Shown: positions 8,917-17,742 of the stretch, one piece after another
Layout: every line of letters starts with the position of its first letter
Numbering within the stretch: the first letter of the stretch is position 1
DNA from: a virus
Lineage: Duplodnaviria; Heunggongvirae; Uroviricota; Caudoviricetes
Length of the DNA: 33,994 bases
Reading direction: 5' to 3' (one strand)
IMG/VR virus record: IMGVR_UViG_2585427621_000012
Notes under the pieces: generated by a model
What the model saw: only the letters and a program-made list of their open reading frames with translations
Told to the model about the DNA's origin: nothing
Database searches by the model: none
Program-made: the position numbers and the translations under genes

Positions 8917-9450
8917 ATGATGCCAGTTACCCGTTATTTCTGCATTTTCATAAACGTTGGTTTGGGAGAAGGTTCGGCATTACCCGTTGGTGTGCCTGTT
9001 CCGTGGCCTTCAGCCACTCCGCCGACAGGCTGGCTGAAATGCAACGGGGCGGCTTTTTCTGCTGAAGAATACCCGGAACTGGCAAAGGTTTACCCGACAA
9101 ATAAATTGCCTGATTTACGTGGTGAGTTTATTCGTGGCTGGGATGACGGACGTGGAGTGGATAACGGAAGGGGATTATTGACGCTTCAGGACGGTGCGAT
9201 TGTCAGTCATAACCACTATTGGGGAATCTGGACTTCACGAACTAACGACCAGACTCTGGAAAGTTTTACAGGCACCACGATTTTAAAACAAATCACGCCC
9301 CTGTCTCCGGCCATTAACTTCGATAATTACCCAATTCCCAACCCGGCTATTACAGAGGGTGGTGTTGTTGCGGCAACGACTAAACCTGCAGGTGCGAATG
9401 AAACACGCCCACGAAATGTCGCTTTTAACTATATTGTGAGGGCTGCATAA
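8917..9450 (+). CDS. Alternative tail-fibre C-terminal cassette (Sv'-like), silent in this orientation
   Basis: Conserved tail-fibre C-terminal motifs (LPVGVPVPWPSATPPTGW..., LPDLRGEFIRGWDDGRGVD); no upstream constant part on this strand; the first 28 nt lie outside the invertible segment and are probably not coding. Confidence 0.6.
   Translation: MMPVTRYFCIFINVGLGEGSALPVGVPVPWPSATPPTGWLKCNGAAFSAEEYPELAKVYPTNKLPDLRGEFIRGWDDGRGVDNGRGLLTLQDGAIVSHNHYWGIWTSRTNDQTLESFTGTTILKQITPLSPAINFDNYPIPNPAITEGGVVAATTKPAGANETRPRNVAFNYIVRAA
8945..8970. repeat. Invertase crossover site, left (26 bp, hix/gix-like)
   Basis: TTTTCATAAACGTTGGTTTGGGAGAA; its reverse complement matches 10877-10902 at 20 of 26 positions, including an identical 15-bp block TTCTCCCAAACCAAC/G. 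Confidence 0.65.
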
Positions 9451-10052
9451 TGAATAACGCAGAATTAAACAGTGAATTAATTGCCACTATGGCAGGAGAA
9501 ATTACTGTTTATAACTTTGATGTCATGAGTCGGGAATATATTTCAGCTTCAACTGAATATCTTGCTATTGGTGTCGGCATTCCGGCATATTCCTGTTTAG
9601 ATGCCCCAGGCGCATACAAAGCTGGTTATGCAATCTGCCGTTCTGCAGATTTTAACTCATGGGAATATGTGCCAGACCATCGCGGTGAAATCGTCTTTAG
9701 CACCGAAACAGGAGAATCAAAAGAAATCACCGCTCCGGGTGATTACCCTGATAATACAACCACTATCGCCCCGTTAACGCCATACGATAAATGGGATGGT
9801 GAGAAATGGGTGACGGATACCGAAGCACAGCATAGCGCCGCAGTAGAAGCGGCAGAAACACAACGCCAGTCGCTGATTGATACTGCAATGGCTTCCATTA
9901 GTCTGATTCAGCTGAAATTACAGGCCGGACGGAAGCTGACGCAGGCAGAAACCAACCGACTTAACACGGTGCTGGATTACATTGACGCGGTGACGGCAAC
10001 AGATACCAGCACCGCGCCGGATGTCATCTGGCCTGAACTGCCGGAGGCGTAG
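9450..10052 (+). CDS. Tail fibre assembly protein, alternative copy (U'-like)
   Basis: 200-aa ORF with the conserved Tfa C-terminus (...LDYIDAVTATDTSTAPDVIWPELPEA); start overlaps the stop of the preceding cassette (TAATG). Confidence 0.75.
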   Translation: MNNAELNSELIATMAGEITVYNFDVMSREYISASTEYLAIGVGIPAYSCLDAPGAYKAGYAICRSADFNSWEYVPDHRGEIVFSTETGESKEITAPGDYPDNTTTIAPLTPYDKWDGEKWVTDTEAQHSAAVEAAETQRQSLIDTAMASISLIQLKLQAGRKLTQAETNRLNTVLDYIDAVTATDTSTAPDVIWPELPEA

Positions 10053-10496
10053 GCCATTCAATATCTGGCGCACTGGCGGTATCGACCAGCTCCAGTGCGT
10101 CCAGATAATCCAGCCACAAATTATATTGTGCCAGTTCCTCACCTTTCAGACGACCAATAGCGGCTTTACCGGGCCATTGCTTACTGTTCATGTATTCGTT
10201 GGCCTGGTTAATTAGTAGCTGTCTTTCTGATTCAGTAATTTCAATAAGTTCTTCATGCGTGGGTGGAGGAATATCTGCCACGCAGGCAGCCCATCATCTC
10301 CGCATGCGGAATTACTGTGACGTTCAGTCCATTAATACACTGATAATATGTTGTTCGCTTCAGCCATAAACTCACTGATAATATTTTGATTTACTTCCTT
10401 AGCGTCTGATAAATCCCATCCCTCTGATTTATATTTATCAATCATATCCACAGGGAAAAAAGCATTATGCCTTGCGCTATAAACATATTCGTTCAT
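10024..10496 (-). pseudogene. Tail fibre assembly protein for the active orientation, apparently split across frames
   Basis: N-terminal 54-codon ORF (10332-10496, MNEYVYSARHNAFFPVDMIDKYKSEGWDL...) and a GTG-initiated 85-aa ORF (10024-10281, conserved Tfa C-terminus ...LDYLDALELVDTASAPDIEWPTPP) are in different frames, separated by stops. Confidence 0.5.
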
Positions 10497-10516
10497 ATAA
10501 ATCACCCTGAATAAAA

Positions 10517-11716
10517 TTACTCACCAACAGCCCACCAACTGTAATTCATCGATACCGTGTCGCTGGTTGATGACGTTCTGTAAGCAGAATTAAAGCCGGT
10601 TAACGTTGGGCCTTCTGCAGTCATCACGAACCCTCGCCCAGCGCCTAAAGGCGCACCGCCATCACCAGAATGAGTAAGCATGGCGCAGTCCGCTTTTTTG
10701 GGGAAAGGGATGCTGAATGTAATTCTCATTGTTTGCGTCGATAATGTCGGCGTAACCGCACCACGACCATATTGCAGGATTTTACCGTTGGGTAATTTCA
10801 TCCATCCATCACCACTGGCAAAAGAGGCCATGTCCGGTATCTGATTTTCCCCTGTCCCCACATCCCGTTTTGCCGCTTCTCCCAAACCAAGGTATGCGAG
10901 AAGACCGGCAACATCCTTTCCACTCAAATGAGTCAGCGTCTCATCCAGTGGCTGCTTACCTGACAGCGCATTGTTAATGGTGGTGCTGAATTTCGGGTCA
11001 TTGTTAATGGCCGCGGCAATTTCTTTCAGTGTGTCCAGCGTGTCTGGCGCGCCGTTAATCAGAGCGGTAATAGCGGTCTGAACAAACTCAGTGGTCGCAA
11101 TCCGCGTGGTGTTATTTCCTGCGGCAGGCGTTGGCGCTTTTGGTTCTCCGGTAAATGTCGGATTATGTTTCTGCGCATACTGGGTATGAGGATCCTGTGC
11201 GGCAATGTGGTTTCTCATCTGGTCATCCACATACAGCCTTAATTCCAGGACTTTATCATCCACGTATTTACGGGTCGCCAGTACCACCGACGGGTCGATT
11301 TTCAGCGTGATGGCTTCGGTATTCGTGACAACCAGAATCATGCGGATAGTCTGGGTACGACCGCTGCCTTCCTGTAACTGCGGTTTGTACGTTTCCGGGC
11401 AGTTCGCCACCGCAATGAGTACGCCTTCATCATCATAAAGCCCAATCTCACGGATCCAGAATCCGCCCTCGTTCTCAGGGATGATTTGCTCCGCAATAAT
11501 CTGGCTCTGGTTGTTCGGGTCAACACTCAGAAGATTCAGCGGCGCGATGCGTTTCTGGTTAATAAGTTTTGTCTGTGCCGGGTCAGGTGTCGGCAAGACA
11601 CCATTTGCATCACCAACGGCCATTTGCGTCAGATTCAGCTTACTGCCGAGCATCGTCGCGTTAGCCAGCCGTGCCGCGCCCTGATTAGTCAGAATGGCGT
11701 AGTATTTCACTGTCAT
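10517..11716 (-). CDS. H: Tail fibre protein (gpH-like), active orientation
   Basis: 399-aa ORF; N-terminal about 250 aa resemble P2 gpH (...GGFWIREIGLYDDEGVLIAVAN..., ...NDPKFSTTINNALSGKQP...); C-terminal part differs and begins at the crossover site (..YLGLGEA..). Confidence 0.85.
   Translation of the reverse strand: MTVKYYAILTNQGAARLANATMLGSKLNLTQMAVGDANGVLPTPDPAQTKLINQKRIAPLNLLSVDPNNQSQIIAEQIIPENEGGFWIREIGLYDDEGVLIAVANCPETYKPQLQEGSGRTQTIRMILVVTNTEAITLKIDPSVVLATRKYVDDKVLELRLYVDDQMRNHIAAQDPHTQYAQKHNPTFTGEPKAPTPAAGNNTTRIATTEFVQTAITALINGAPDTLDTLKEIAAAINNDPKFSTTINNALSGKQPLDETLTHLSGKDVAGLLAYLGLGEAAKRDVGTGENQIPDMASFASGDGWMKLPNGKILQYGRGAVTPTLSTQTMRITFSIPFPKKADCAMLTHSGDGGAPLGAGRGFVMTAEGPTLTGFNSAYRTSSTSDTVSMNYSWWAVGE
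10877..10902. repeat. Invertase crossover site, right (26 bp), inside the tail-fibre gene
   Basis: TTCTCCCAAACCAAGGTATGCGAGAA; imperfect internal dyad (TTCTCCCAAACC / GGTATGCGAGAA) around a central AA; encodes YLGLGE at about residue 270 of H. Confidence 0.65.
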
Positions 11717-12324
11717 GCGTTTACTCTCAGGTTATCAATTAAATGAATGGCCGAGGCCGGGAAATAATCCCCTCCGACAATAATGGCCTCCGGGGTGTAG
11801 GGATAAACCGTCAGGGCGTCGCCGTGATAGCATCCCGCACCGGCAAAAATGTTGCCGGTTGTACTTAAACTGATAGCCAGTCCCGTCAGATGGCGGCTTG
11901 CAGGTTTTGCATCAGCAACGAGACGCTCCAGCTCCTGATACATTTCCTCGGTAATACCCTGCTCAAGCACGCCAACAACGATGCGGAACGTCCCCGGCTC
12001 CTCGTTGAGCTGCCACCACTCCCTCACCTCAATCAGATAGCCGAGCGGCTCCACCACACGGCGAATCGCACCAATAGTGCCCTTATGGCAGTGAATGAAA
12101 TACGCATCGCGGATAACAGCGCGTTTTGTCGCTTCCGGCCACTTATCATCCCAGCGGTCAACCGAAAATGACCACGCCAGCCACGGCAGCAGATTTGCCG
12201 GACAGGTATCCGGGTTCCACAGCTCACGAATACTGACCGGCGTTTTTTCAATTTCCGCACAGGCTCTTGCGGCGGCGACTTCAAGCGGTGATGAGCCGGT
12301 CGGCAGCAGGCGCGAATCACTCAT
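11713..12324 (-). CDS. I: Baseplate assembly protein gpI
   Basis: 203-aa ORF in the P2 gpI position, overlapping H and J. Confidence 0.8.
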   Translation of the reverse strand: MSDSRLLPTGSSPLEVAAARACAEIEKTPVSIRELWNPDTCPANLLPWLAWSFSVDRWDDKWPEATKRAVIRDAYFIHCHKGTIGAIRRVVEPLGYLIEVREWWQLNEEPGTFRIVVGVLEQGITEEMYQELERLVADAKPASRHLTGLAISLSTTGNIFAGAGCYHGDALTVYPYTPEAIIVGGDYFPASAIHLIDNLRVNA

Positions 12325-13225
12325 CCGAGCCTCCGGTCACGACGCTGTATTCGGTGCAGAAAGACGCCTGCGTACTGTTGAGCACAATGTCAGCCAGAGG
12401 TGCAGTCAGTTCGACACGTTGCACGCCTTCCACATGCAAAGCGGCATAAATGGCAGACAGACGGATGTCGCGCCCAAGCCGGTGCTGTGCCGTGATGTAC
12501 GCTTCCAGTTTTTTCACGGCAGCAGCGCGGATGGGTTCGCTTTCGGGACCTGGGTAAAGGTAAAGCGTGGCGTTTATCTGATATTCAACAATGGCGGCAG
12601 ACTGCACGGTCACGCGGTCGGCCACCGGCCTGACGTCCTCGCCATTAAGGGCGTTACGCACCACGGCCAGCAGGTCTTCGGATGCGACGCCGTTATTTTC
12701 ACGTGACAGCACGGAGATAGTGACGCAGGCCGGAGACGGACTGGTGACAGAGATATCCGCGACACGCCCGTCAGCACTGCGACCATGATACTGATAGGCT
12801 CCCACCGACCCGGCGACGCTTAAGCCCTCAAACGCCTGCTGAATACGCAGACGATAATCGGTGTCAGACTCCATCACTGCCGGTGTCGGCGGGATAGTCG
12901 AATCATCTGCCGGGGTGATAATCAGGCGTGTGGTGTTGTAATTGGCACCAATCACATCAAGGTCATTACCGGCGGCACAGGCCAGCATCACCGCCCGTGC
13001 GGCCTCATTCACACGCTGACGCCAGATAAGCTCACGATAAGCATTTTCCTCCAGAAGTTTGACGAGAGGCTCGGATTCCAGCGTCAGGGTACGGGCGACC
13101 GCCTCCTGCTGGTCTTCCGGGTAAAGGGAAATCAGTGTCGCCTTGCGTTCGGCAAGAATGGTTTCAAAGTCCAGCTCCTCGACCACATCCGGTGCGGGTA
13201 GCTGGTTCAGGTCGATAATCGGCAT
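12317..13225 (-). CDS. J: Baseplate assembly protein gpJ
   Basis: 302-aa ORF, P2 gpJ size and position. Confidence 0.85.
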   Translation of the reverse strand: MPIIDLNQLPAPDVVEELDFETILAERKATLISLYPEDQQEAVARTLTLESEPLVKLLEENAYRELIWRQRVNEAARAVMLACAAGNDLDVIGANYNTTRLIITPADDSTIPPTPAVMESDTDYRLRIQQAFEGLSVAGSVGAYQYHGRSADGRVADISVTSPSPACVTISVLSRENNGVASEDLLAVVRNALNGEDVRPVADRVTVQSAAIVEYQINATLYLYPGPESEPIRAAAVKKLEAYITAQHRLGRDIRLSAIYAALHVEGVQRVELTAPLADIVLNSTQASFCTEYSVVTGGSDE

Positions 13226-13229
13226 GGTT

Positions 13230-13577
13230 TCAACTCACAGGGATGGTTAACGAAAGTGGCTGGCCGGTGTCGTTGTGCTGGCCGGTTAACGTGACCGTCA
13301 TTCGCCCGTCAAAACTGCGCTCAGTAGTGACGGATGACAGGGTGACGCGGGGTTCCCATTTCAGCACCGCCATGTAACAGGCGACCTTAATCTGCAACTC
13401 AAGCGCCGGGGTCTGCGGCTGGTCAATCATTAATGCCAGCAACGAGCCGTAATCACGACGCATCACCCGTGAGCCGACCGGTGTACGCAGGATATCGCCG
13501 ATACTCTGGCTGATATGCTCAAGGTCAGTGACAGTCAGGCCATCACTGCGATTCATTCCGAGATAACGCGCTGTCAT
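13230..13577 (-). CDS. W: Baseplate wedge protein gpW
   Basis: 115-aa ORF, P2 gpW size and position. Confidence 0.85.
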   Translation of the reverse strand: MTARYLGMNRSDGLTVTDLEHISQSIGDILRTPVGSRVMRRDYGSLLALMIDQPQTPALELQIKVACYMAVLKWEPRVTLSSVTTERSFDGRMTVTLTGQHNDTGQPLSLTIPVS

Positions 13578-14209
13578 AAAGGACTCCCGGTTGTGCCGCC
13601 GCTGTCGCCGGGGTGTTTATGGGTATGCAGTACCTTACCGTTTGATGAGAGTTCACCACCGGTGTGTTCAATGTTGCCGCGCATCGTCCCGCCCTTCTGT
13701 ACTTCCAGCGTGCCGGTAATCAGCCTGTTGGTGCAGACCACCTCCGGTGTGTCCAGGGTGATGCGGGTTGACGCTTTCACCATGACCACCGGCACCGTGG
13801 CAGTAACAGAATCAGAAGCCGTCACGCTGGCCGTTTTAATTCCGCTTACCGTCAGTGCACTGGTTTCAGGTTCATACTCAATCACCGCCCCGTCAGGGAA
13901 ACGGATATGCAGGGCATCCGCCGACGCAGACGGCGCGGGGTTATCGCCGGAATAAATCCCCGGCAGAACAAACGCTGTGTCAAGTTCACCGCCCACGGCC
14001 AGAATCAGCACCTGCTCCCCCACGGAAGGTGCCCACCATGTGCGCGAACGCCCGGCACGACAAGTCAGCCACTGAAGCCAGTCGGTGCACATGCCGCCGG
14101 TCTGCACACGGCAGCGACCGGCGTTAAGGTCGGTTTCGACGACAAGGCCGGTGCGAATCATGTTGCGCAGTGCGCGCGCGAGTTCCTGGATATTTGCGAG
14201 AGTGTTCAT
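13574..14209 (-). CDS. V: Baseplate spike protein gpV
   Basis: 211-aa ORF, P2 gpV size and position. Confidence 0.85.
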   Translation of the reverse strand: MNTLANIQELARALRNMIRTGLVVETDLNAGRCRVQTGGMCTDWLQWLTCRAGRSRTWWAPSVGEQVLILAVGGELDTAFVLPGIYSGDNPAPSASADALHIRFPDGAVIEYEPETSALTVSGIKTASVTASDSVTATVPVVMVKASTRITLDTPEVVCTNRLITGTLEVQKGGTMRGNIEHTGGELSSNGKVLHTHKHPGDSGGTTGSPL

Positions 14210-14275
14210 AACGGGAAGGATGCCGCCGGGTCATACCGGCGGCAATGTGACGATGAGGTGTCAGGAATGGCACAA

Positions 14276-14728
14276 CTAACGGTCGAGGTGAGCCAGGATA
14301 ATCTCTTCAATCATCTGCACATCCTCACCGGTAAAGCCGAGCAGAGGACGCGCCGGATAATCAATTTTCTTACCGTCTTTCCGGTTTTCTTCCGACAGAC
14401 CGAACTGATGCACGCTGGCGATTTTCGGTGACTTCCCGCCGTAAAACTCCATTGATGCCTGTTCCTGGCTGGCACGGATATGCAAAAAACGACTGGTAAT
14501 AAGTTTCGCAAACATTTTTCGCTTAACGCGACCGGTCTTTTTTCTGACGCTCTGCTGCTGGCGTGGCGCGTAGGGTGTGCCGTCCGGGGCTTTCTGTGTC
14601 ATCACCCGACGCTGCTGACTCTGCCGCAGACGTTTCGCCAGTTCGGCGCTCAGTCGTCGACGCCCTGACGGTGACAGCGATTCAGTCAGTCCGGTCAGCC
14701 GGTCTTCAAAACGCTTAAACTCATTCAT
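14276..14728 (-). CDS. S: Tail completion protein gpS
   Basis: 150-aa ORF, P2 gpS size and position. Confidence 0.8.
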   Translation of the reverse strand: MNEFKRFEDRLTGLTESLSPSGRRRLSAELAKRLRQSQQRRVMTQKAPDGTPYAPRQQQSVRKKTGRVKRKMFAKLITSRFLHIRASQEQASMEFYGGKSPKIASVHQFGLSEENRKDGKKIDYPARPLLGFTGEDVQMIEEIILAHLDR

Positions 14729-15188
14729 CCCACTTGCTCACCAGTTCGCCATTGATATAAAGCTCCATCGGGCGGGTGACCGGCTCCGGCGGCGGAGGTT
14801 CCGGGATATTCTTCACATGCAGTGCGCCGACCACCTCACTGACCAGCGTGCGCTCGGTCAGCATCAGGCTGATGCTGATATCAAAGCTGCTGTCATTGTT
14901 GATGTCTGCATAAAACGTGAAGCCCTTTTTCTGGCCTGCGTCGGTGGTCATGATGTCGGGCTGATTTTCCCGCAGCCACGCCAGCACCGGCACGATGAGC
15001 AGGTCAAAATCACCGGTAAAGTCGGTCACAATGACATTGAGCGTGTAACGCTTTTCGAATGACAGCGACGCCGCCAGTGTGGAGGCAATACTCCCGTTAT
15101 CCACGAATATCCGCAGCATATCGGGGTTAGTTTTCAGCACCGTGACGGCATCAGTCAGCGCCCTGCGCAGGCTGTCGGGTTTGAGCAT
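14721..15188 (-). CDS. R: Tail completion protein gpR
   Basis: 155-aa ORF, P2 gpR size and position. Confidence 0.8.
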   Translation of the reverse strand: MLKPDSLRRALTDAVTVLKTNPDMLRIFVDNGSIASTLAASLSFEKRYTLNVIVTDFTGDFDLLIVPVLAWLRENQPDIMTTDAGQKKGFTFYADINNDSSFDISISLMLTERTLVSEVVGALHVKNIPEPPPPEPVTRPMELYINGELVSKWDE

Positions 15189-15441
15189 CGTTTTCGTCCT
15201 GACAGTGTTTAATCATTTTTACCTGGCTGGCACAGCGTGCCAGCGCGTTCTCAAGCTGCCGGATATCAGCACTTAAATCGCCGTTCGTCTGCGGGTCACT
15301 GCCCGGCATCGGGCAAAGGCTCACTTTCGGGCAGGCGTTGGCGACAATCACTGGCGTCTGCGCAGGCGGGGCGCTGGTGCAACCGGCGCACAGCATCAGG
15401 CAGGTCAGTGCCGTACCAGCGGCGAAAATCTTCGTTTTCAT
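15151..15441 (-). CDS. lysC: LysC, Rz1-like outer-membrane spanin lipoprotein, embedded out of frame in lysB
   Basis: 96-aa product MKTKIFAAGTALTCLMLCAGC... with signal peptide and lipobox; GAGG ribosome-binding site 8 nt upstream; lies in an alternate frame of the lysB 3' half and overlaps the R start. Confidence 0.7.
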   Translation of the reverse strand: MKTKIFAAGTALTCLMLCAGCTSAPPAQTPVIVANACPKVSLCPMPGSDPQTNGDLSADIRQLENALARCASQVKMIKHCQDENDAQTRQPAQGAD

Positions 15442-15721
15442 TGAGTAACCTCGTGATGGCTTTCTCGCGCTGTGCTTCACGCTTCGCGGCGTTCTCCAGC
15501 TCCTGACGCAGTGCCACCTGCGCCATCTCGTTTTTGTCTGCCCTGGTGAGGGCAACATGAAGCTGATTTTTCAGCATGATGATGGTCGTCTGCTGCCCAC
15601 TGGCGACATTGTTTGCCCTGTCCAGCGAGGCGCGCAGGCTGGCGTTTTCATGCTTCGCCAGAAACAGACCGGCCACCGCCAGTGATAACAACACAACCAG
15701 CACAATCATCAGCTTTGACAT
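15296..15721 (-). CDS. lysB: LysB, Rz-like inner-membrane spanin
   Basis: 141-aa ORF with an N-terminal transmembrane segment and a charged coiled-coil periplasmic part; P2 lysB size and position. Confidence 0.8.
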   Translation of the reverse strand: MSKLMIVLVVLLSLAVAGLFLAKHENASLRASLDRANNVASGQQTTIIMLKNQLHVALTRADKNEMAQVALRQELENAAKREAQREKAITRLLNENEDFRRWYGTDLPDAVRRLHQRPACADASDCRQRLPESEPLPDAGQ

Positions 15722-16134
15722 GGTTCCCGCCCCTCAAAACGCTGACGGCAGGCCGTACGTATCAGCCGGAAAAACAGCGACGCCACAAGATAAATCAGCG
15801 CGGTAAAAATCCACCCGGCGGCGACCAGCGAGATAAACGTCGCCACCATCACCACCAGAGCCGCCGCCCGTCTGCGCCACGGCACCGGCTGCAAAAACAG
15901 CGACGTGACAATCTTCACGGCCAGCGATTCCGGCGGCAGCTCCCGCCCGTAGCGTTCCAGTACATACTCTGTGGCATACACCCCGACACCACCGGCAACC
16001 ACACAGATAACCGTCGCCAGAATCGCCCAGGCAGCGACAAAACTGACGGCCACGCTCTGCGGATAAATCAGGGACAGTGCCAGCATCAGCGCCAGCGACA
16101 CGTGCAGCATCAGTGAAAGGGATAATTTCTTCAT
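15709..16134 (-). CDS. lysA: LysA, lysis-timing membrane protein
   Basis: 141-aa hydrophobic ORF in the P2 lysA position. Confidence 0.75.
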   Translation of the reverse strand: MKKLSLSLMLHVSLALMLALSLIYPQSVAVSFVAAWAILATVICVVAGGVGVYATEYVLERYGRELPPESLAVKIVTSLFLQPVPWRRRAAALVVMVATFISLVAAGWIFTALIYLVASLFFRLIRTACRQRFEGREPCQS

Positions 16135-16148
16135 GGTGTTTACTCCGT

Positions 16149-16646
16149 TTAAGCCGGTACGCCGCCAGCGGTACGCCAGACGGTGACCAGTTTTTCCAGT
16201 GAATGCTCACGCTGACCGTAACCGGCACCCGGCAGGGACGCCCAGATATTGCGACAGCGTGAAATGGCACGCTCAATGCGTCCCGCCCGGATGTCATCCA
16301 GTGCACCGCGTTCGCGGATCAACTGAATGGCGAGCCTGTCCTGTGACAACGGACTGAAATCCGGCAGGGCAAGCTGTTTGCGGTAATGCGGCCAGAACAG
16401 GTAAAGCTGCTGATAGCGACCGGAGGCCGTGGATTTTTCACCGCGACGGTTAAACACCTTCGCCGGTCGGCCATGCGCGAACGGGTGGTCACTGTAGTCG
16501 GTGAAAATTTCCGGCTTTCCGTCCAGTCCGGTGACTATCACGTCATAGCCCCGGTTTTTCGTCAGCGGATGATTCGCCGTCCCTTCGGACACGGCCAGCA
16601 TGTCGAGAAAGGCGGCGATATTCTGATGCGTGTTAATTACCGGCAT
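16149..16646 (-). CDS. K: Endolysin gpK (lambda R-like lytic transglycosylase)
   Basis: 165-aa ORF, P2 K size and position. Confidence 0.85.
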   Translation of the reverse strand: MPVINTHQNIAAFLDMLAVSEGTANHPLTKNRGYDVIVTGLDGKPEIFTDYSDHPFAHGRPAKVFNRRGEKSTASGRYQQLYLFWPHYRKQLALPDFSPLSQDRLAIQLIRERGALDDIRAGRIERAISRCRNIWASLPGAGYGQREHSLEKLVTVWRTAGGVPA

Positions 16647-16927
16647 TACGGTTTCCCCCTGCCCTTAAAGCGGCGCTGAATGGCAATCTCAATCACCTGA
16701 TAACCGGCGATACCCAGCATGGAGCCGATACCGCACACCGCAGGCAGTGACAGGTCAGGAAACTGCACCAGAACAACACCGGCAACCATCGAGACAAAAC
16801 CACCGAGCAACATGCGCCCGATAAACAGACGCGGGGTGATGGGTTCACCACCGGCAAGCACCTTGCCGACAACAATCAGCACTCCAATCATGAAAAGCGA
16901 CAGGACGCTTTTTTCTTCTGCTGTCAT
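16646..16927 (-). CDS. Y: Holin gpY
   Basis: 93-aa ORF with transmembrane segments and a basic C-terminus; P2 Y size and position. Confidence 0.85.
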   Translation of the reverse strand: MTAEEKSVLSLFMIGVLIVVGKVLAGGEPITPRLFIGRMLLGGFVSMVAGVVLVQFPDLSLPAVCGIGSMLGIAGYQVIEIAIQRRFKGRGKP

Positions 16928-16930
16928 GCG

Positions 16931-17134
16931 TTACTCCCACAGATTGACAGTTTCAGCCACGGGCGCGGTCTGAACGTCGGGCAGTTCGACGGCGGTGCCG
17001 TGCGGCAGCATCGCACCCAGTTCAGCCAGTCCCGGATTTGCGGCGAGCACGGTCTCAACCACGCCCTCAGTGCGCCCGTAATACCGGACACAAATGGCGT
17101 CGAGCGTGTCGCCCTGTAGCGCAAAGGTCTTCAT
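16931..17134 (-). CDS. X: Tail protein gpX
   Basis: 67-aa product MKTFALQGDTLDAICVRYYG...; the track ORF has an N-terminal extension; start overlaps the L stop. Confidence 0.8.
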   Translation of the reverse strand: MKTFALQGDTLDAICVRYYGRTEGVVETVLAANPGLAELGAMLPHGTAVELPDVQTAPVAETVNLWE

Positions 17135-17643
17135 CAGATTTGACTCACGATGCAGCGCGGCTTGTCCTGGATACGTGCCACCGCCCAGCGCATATCCCGC
17201 CACAGTTCATCAATGGTGCTGTCAATGCTGTCGGCCTTCTTGTCGCCCTTGGCACTGGCATCCACGCCGCGATAACGCTCATAAAGCGATGCGGTCGCCA
17301 TCGCACACACGGCGCGCTCGTAGTAAAAAACTTTGATGCTTTCACCGTCGATGTCGTCCGCCGGGACGTCCGCCAGACGCGTAAAACCGGCAGCAATTTT
17401 CTGTTCGCGGTACTCGTACAGCTCCGCATTCGTTTCCGCCATGCCTGACTTGATGGCCTCACGCAGACGGGCGGGGGCGACGGTCTGCTCAAGGCGCATA
17501 CGTTCCCGGACGCGCTTCGGGTCGATATCGGGAAAAAAGAACGTGTTTTTAATCACCGGCTCGTCGCCTGCCGGTTGCGGGATGACCACCGTACCCTCAC
17601 CGGACACGGGAGCCTCCTTTCGCGGAATAATCAGCGTCATCAT
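17134..17643 (-). CDS. L: Capsid completion protein gpL
   Basis: 169-aa product starting MMTLIIPRKEAP...; P2 L size; track ORF extended at the N-terminus. Confidence 0.8.
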   Translation of the reverse strand: MMTLIIPRKEAPVSGEGTVVIPQPAGDEPVIKNTFFFPDIDPKRVRERMRLEQTVAPARLREAIKSGMAETNAELYEYREQKIAAGFTRLADVPADDIDGESIKVFYYERAVCAMATASLYERYRGVDASAKGDKKADSIDSTIDELWRDMRWAVARIQDKPRCIVSQI

Positions 17644-17742
17644 GACTACCTCTGAAAAGTCGGGCGGTGGACGCCGGTGCAGTGTCAGGTGATTCACCCT
17701 CACTGACCGGCGTGCCGCCCTGGCGCGGGGCGCATTCGGTTG

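Larger units (their letters stand above)
8945..10902. other. Invertible tail-fibre segment (G-segment-like host-range switch)
   Basis: Bounded by inverted 26-bp sites; holds two opposed sets of tail-fibre C-terminus plus tail-fibre-assembly genes; invertase gene immediately adjacent. Confidence 0.65.

Noticed and set aside
8917-8944. First nine codons of the 177-aa plus-strand tail-fibre cassette ORF
   Set aside because: They lie outside the inferred invertible segment and upstream of the crossover site, so are unlikely to be translated; the cassette is expressed only as a fusion after inversion.
14258-14273. TGT-N10-ACA dyad upstream of V as a possible Ogr-dependent late-promoter element
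   Set aside because: Spacing and distance to the V start do not fit the remembered TGT-N12-ACA element centred near -55; not supported without alignment to known late promoters.
12095-14431. Plus-strand ORFs of 60-203 aa overlapping I, J, W and V
   Set aside because: Antisense to a collinear, tightly coupled baseplate gene block; no independent coding signal.
15613-16306. ORFs 15613-16116 (+, 167 aa) and 15734-16306 (-, 190 aa) overlapping lysA and K
   Set aside because: Arg/His/Gln-rich low-complexity translations, off-frame or antisense to the lysis genes.
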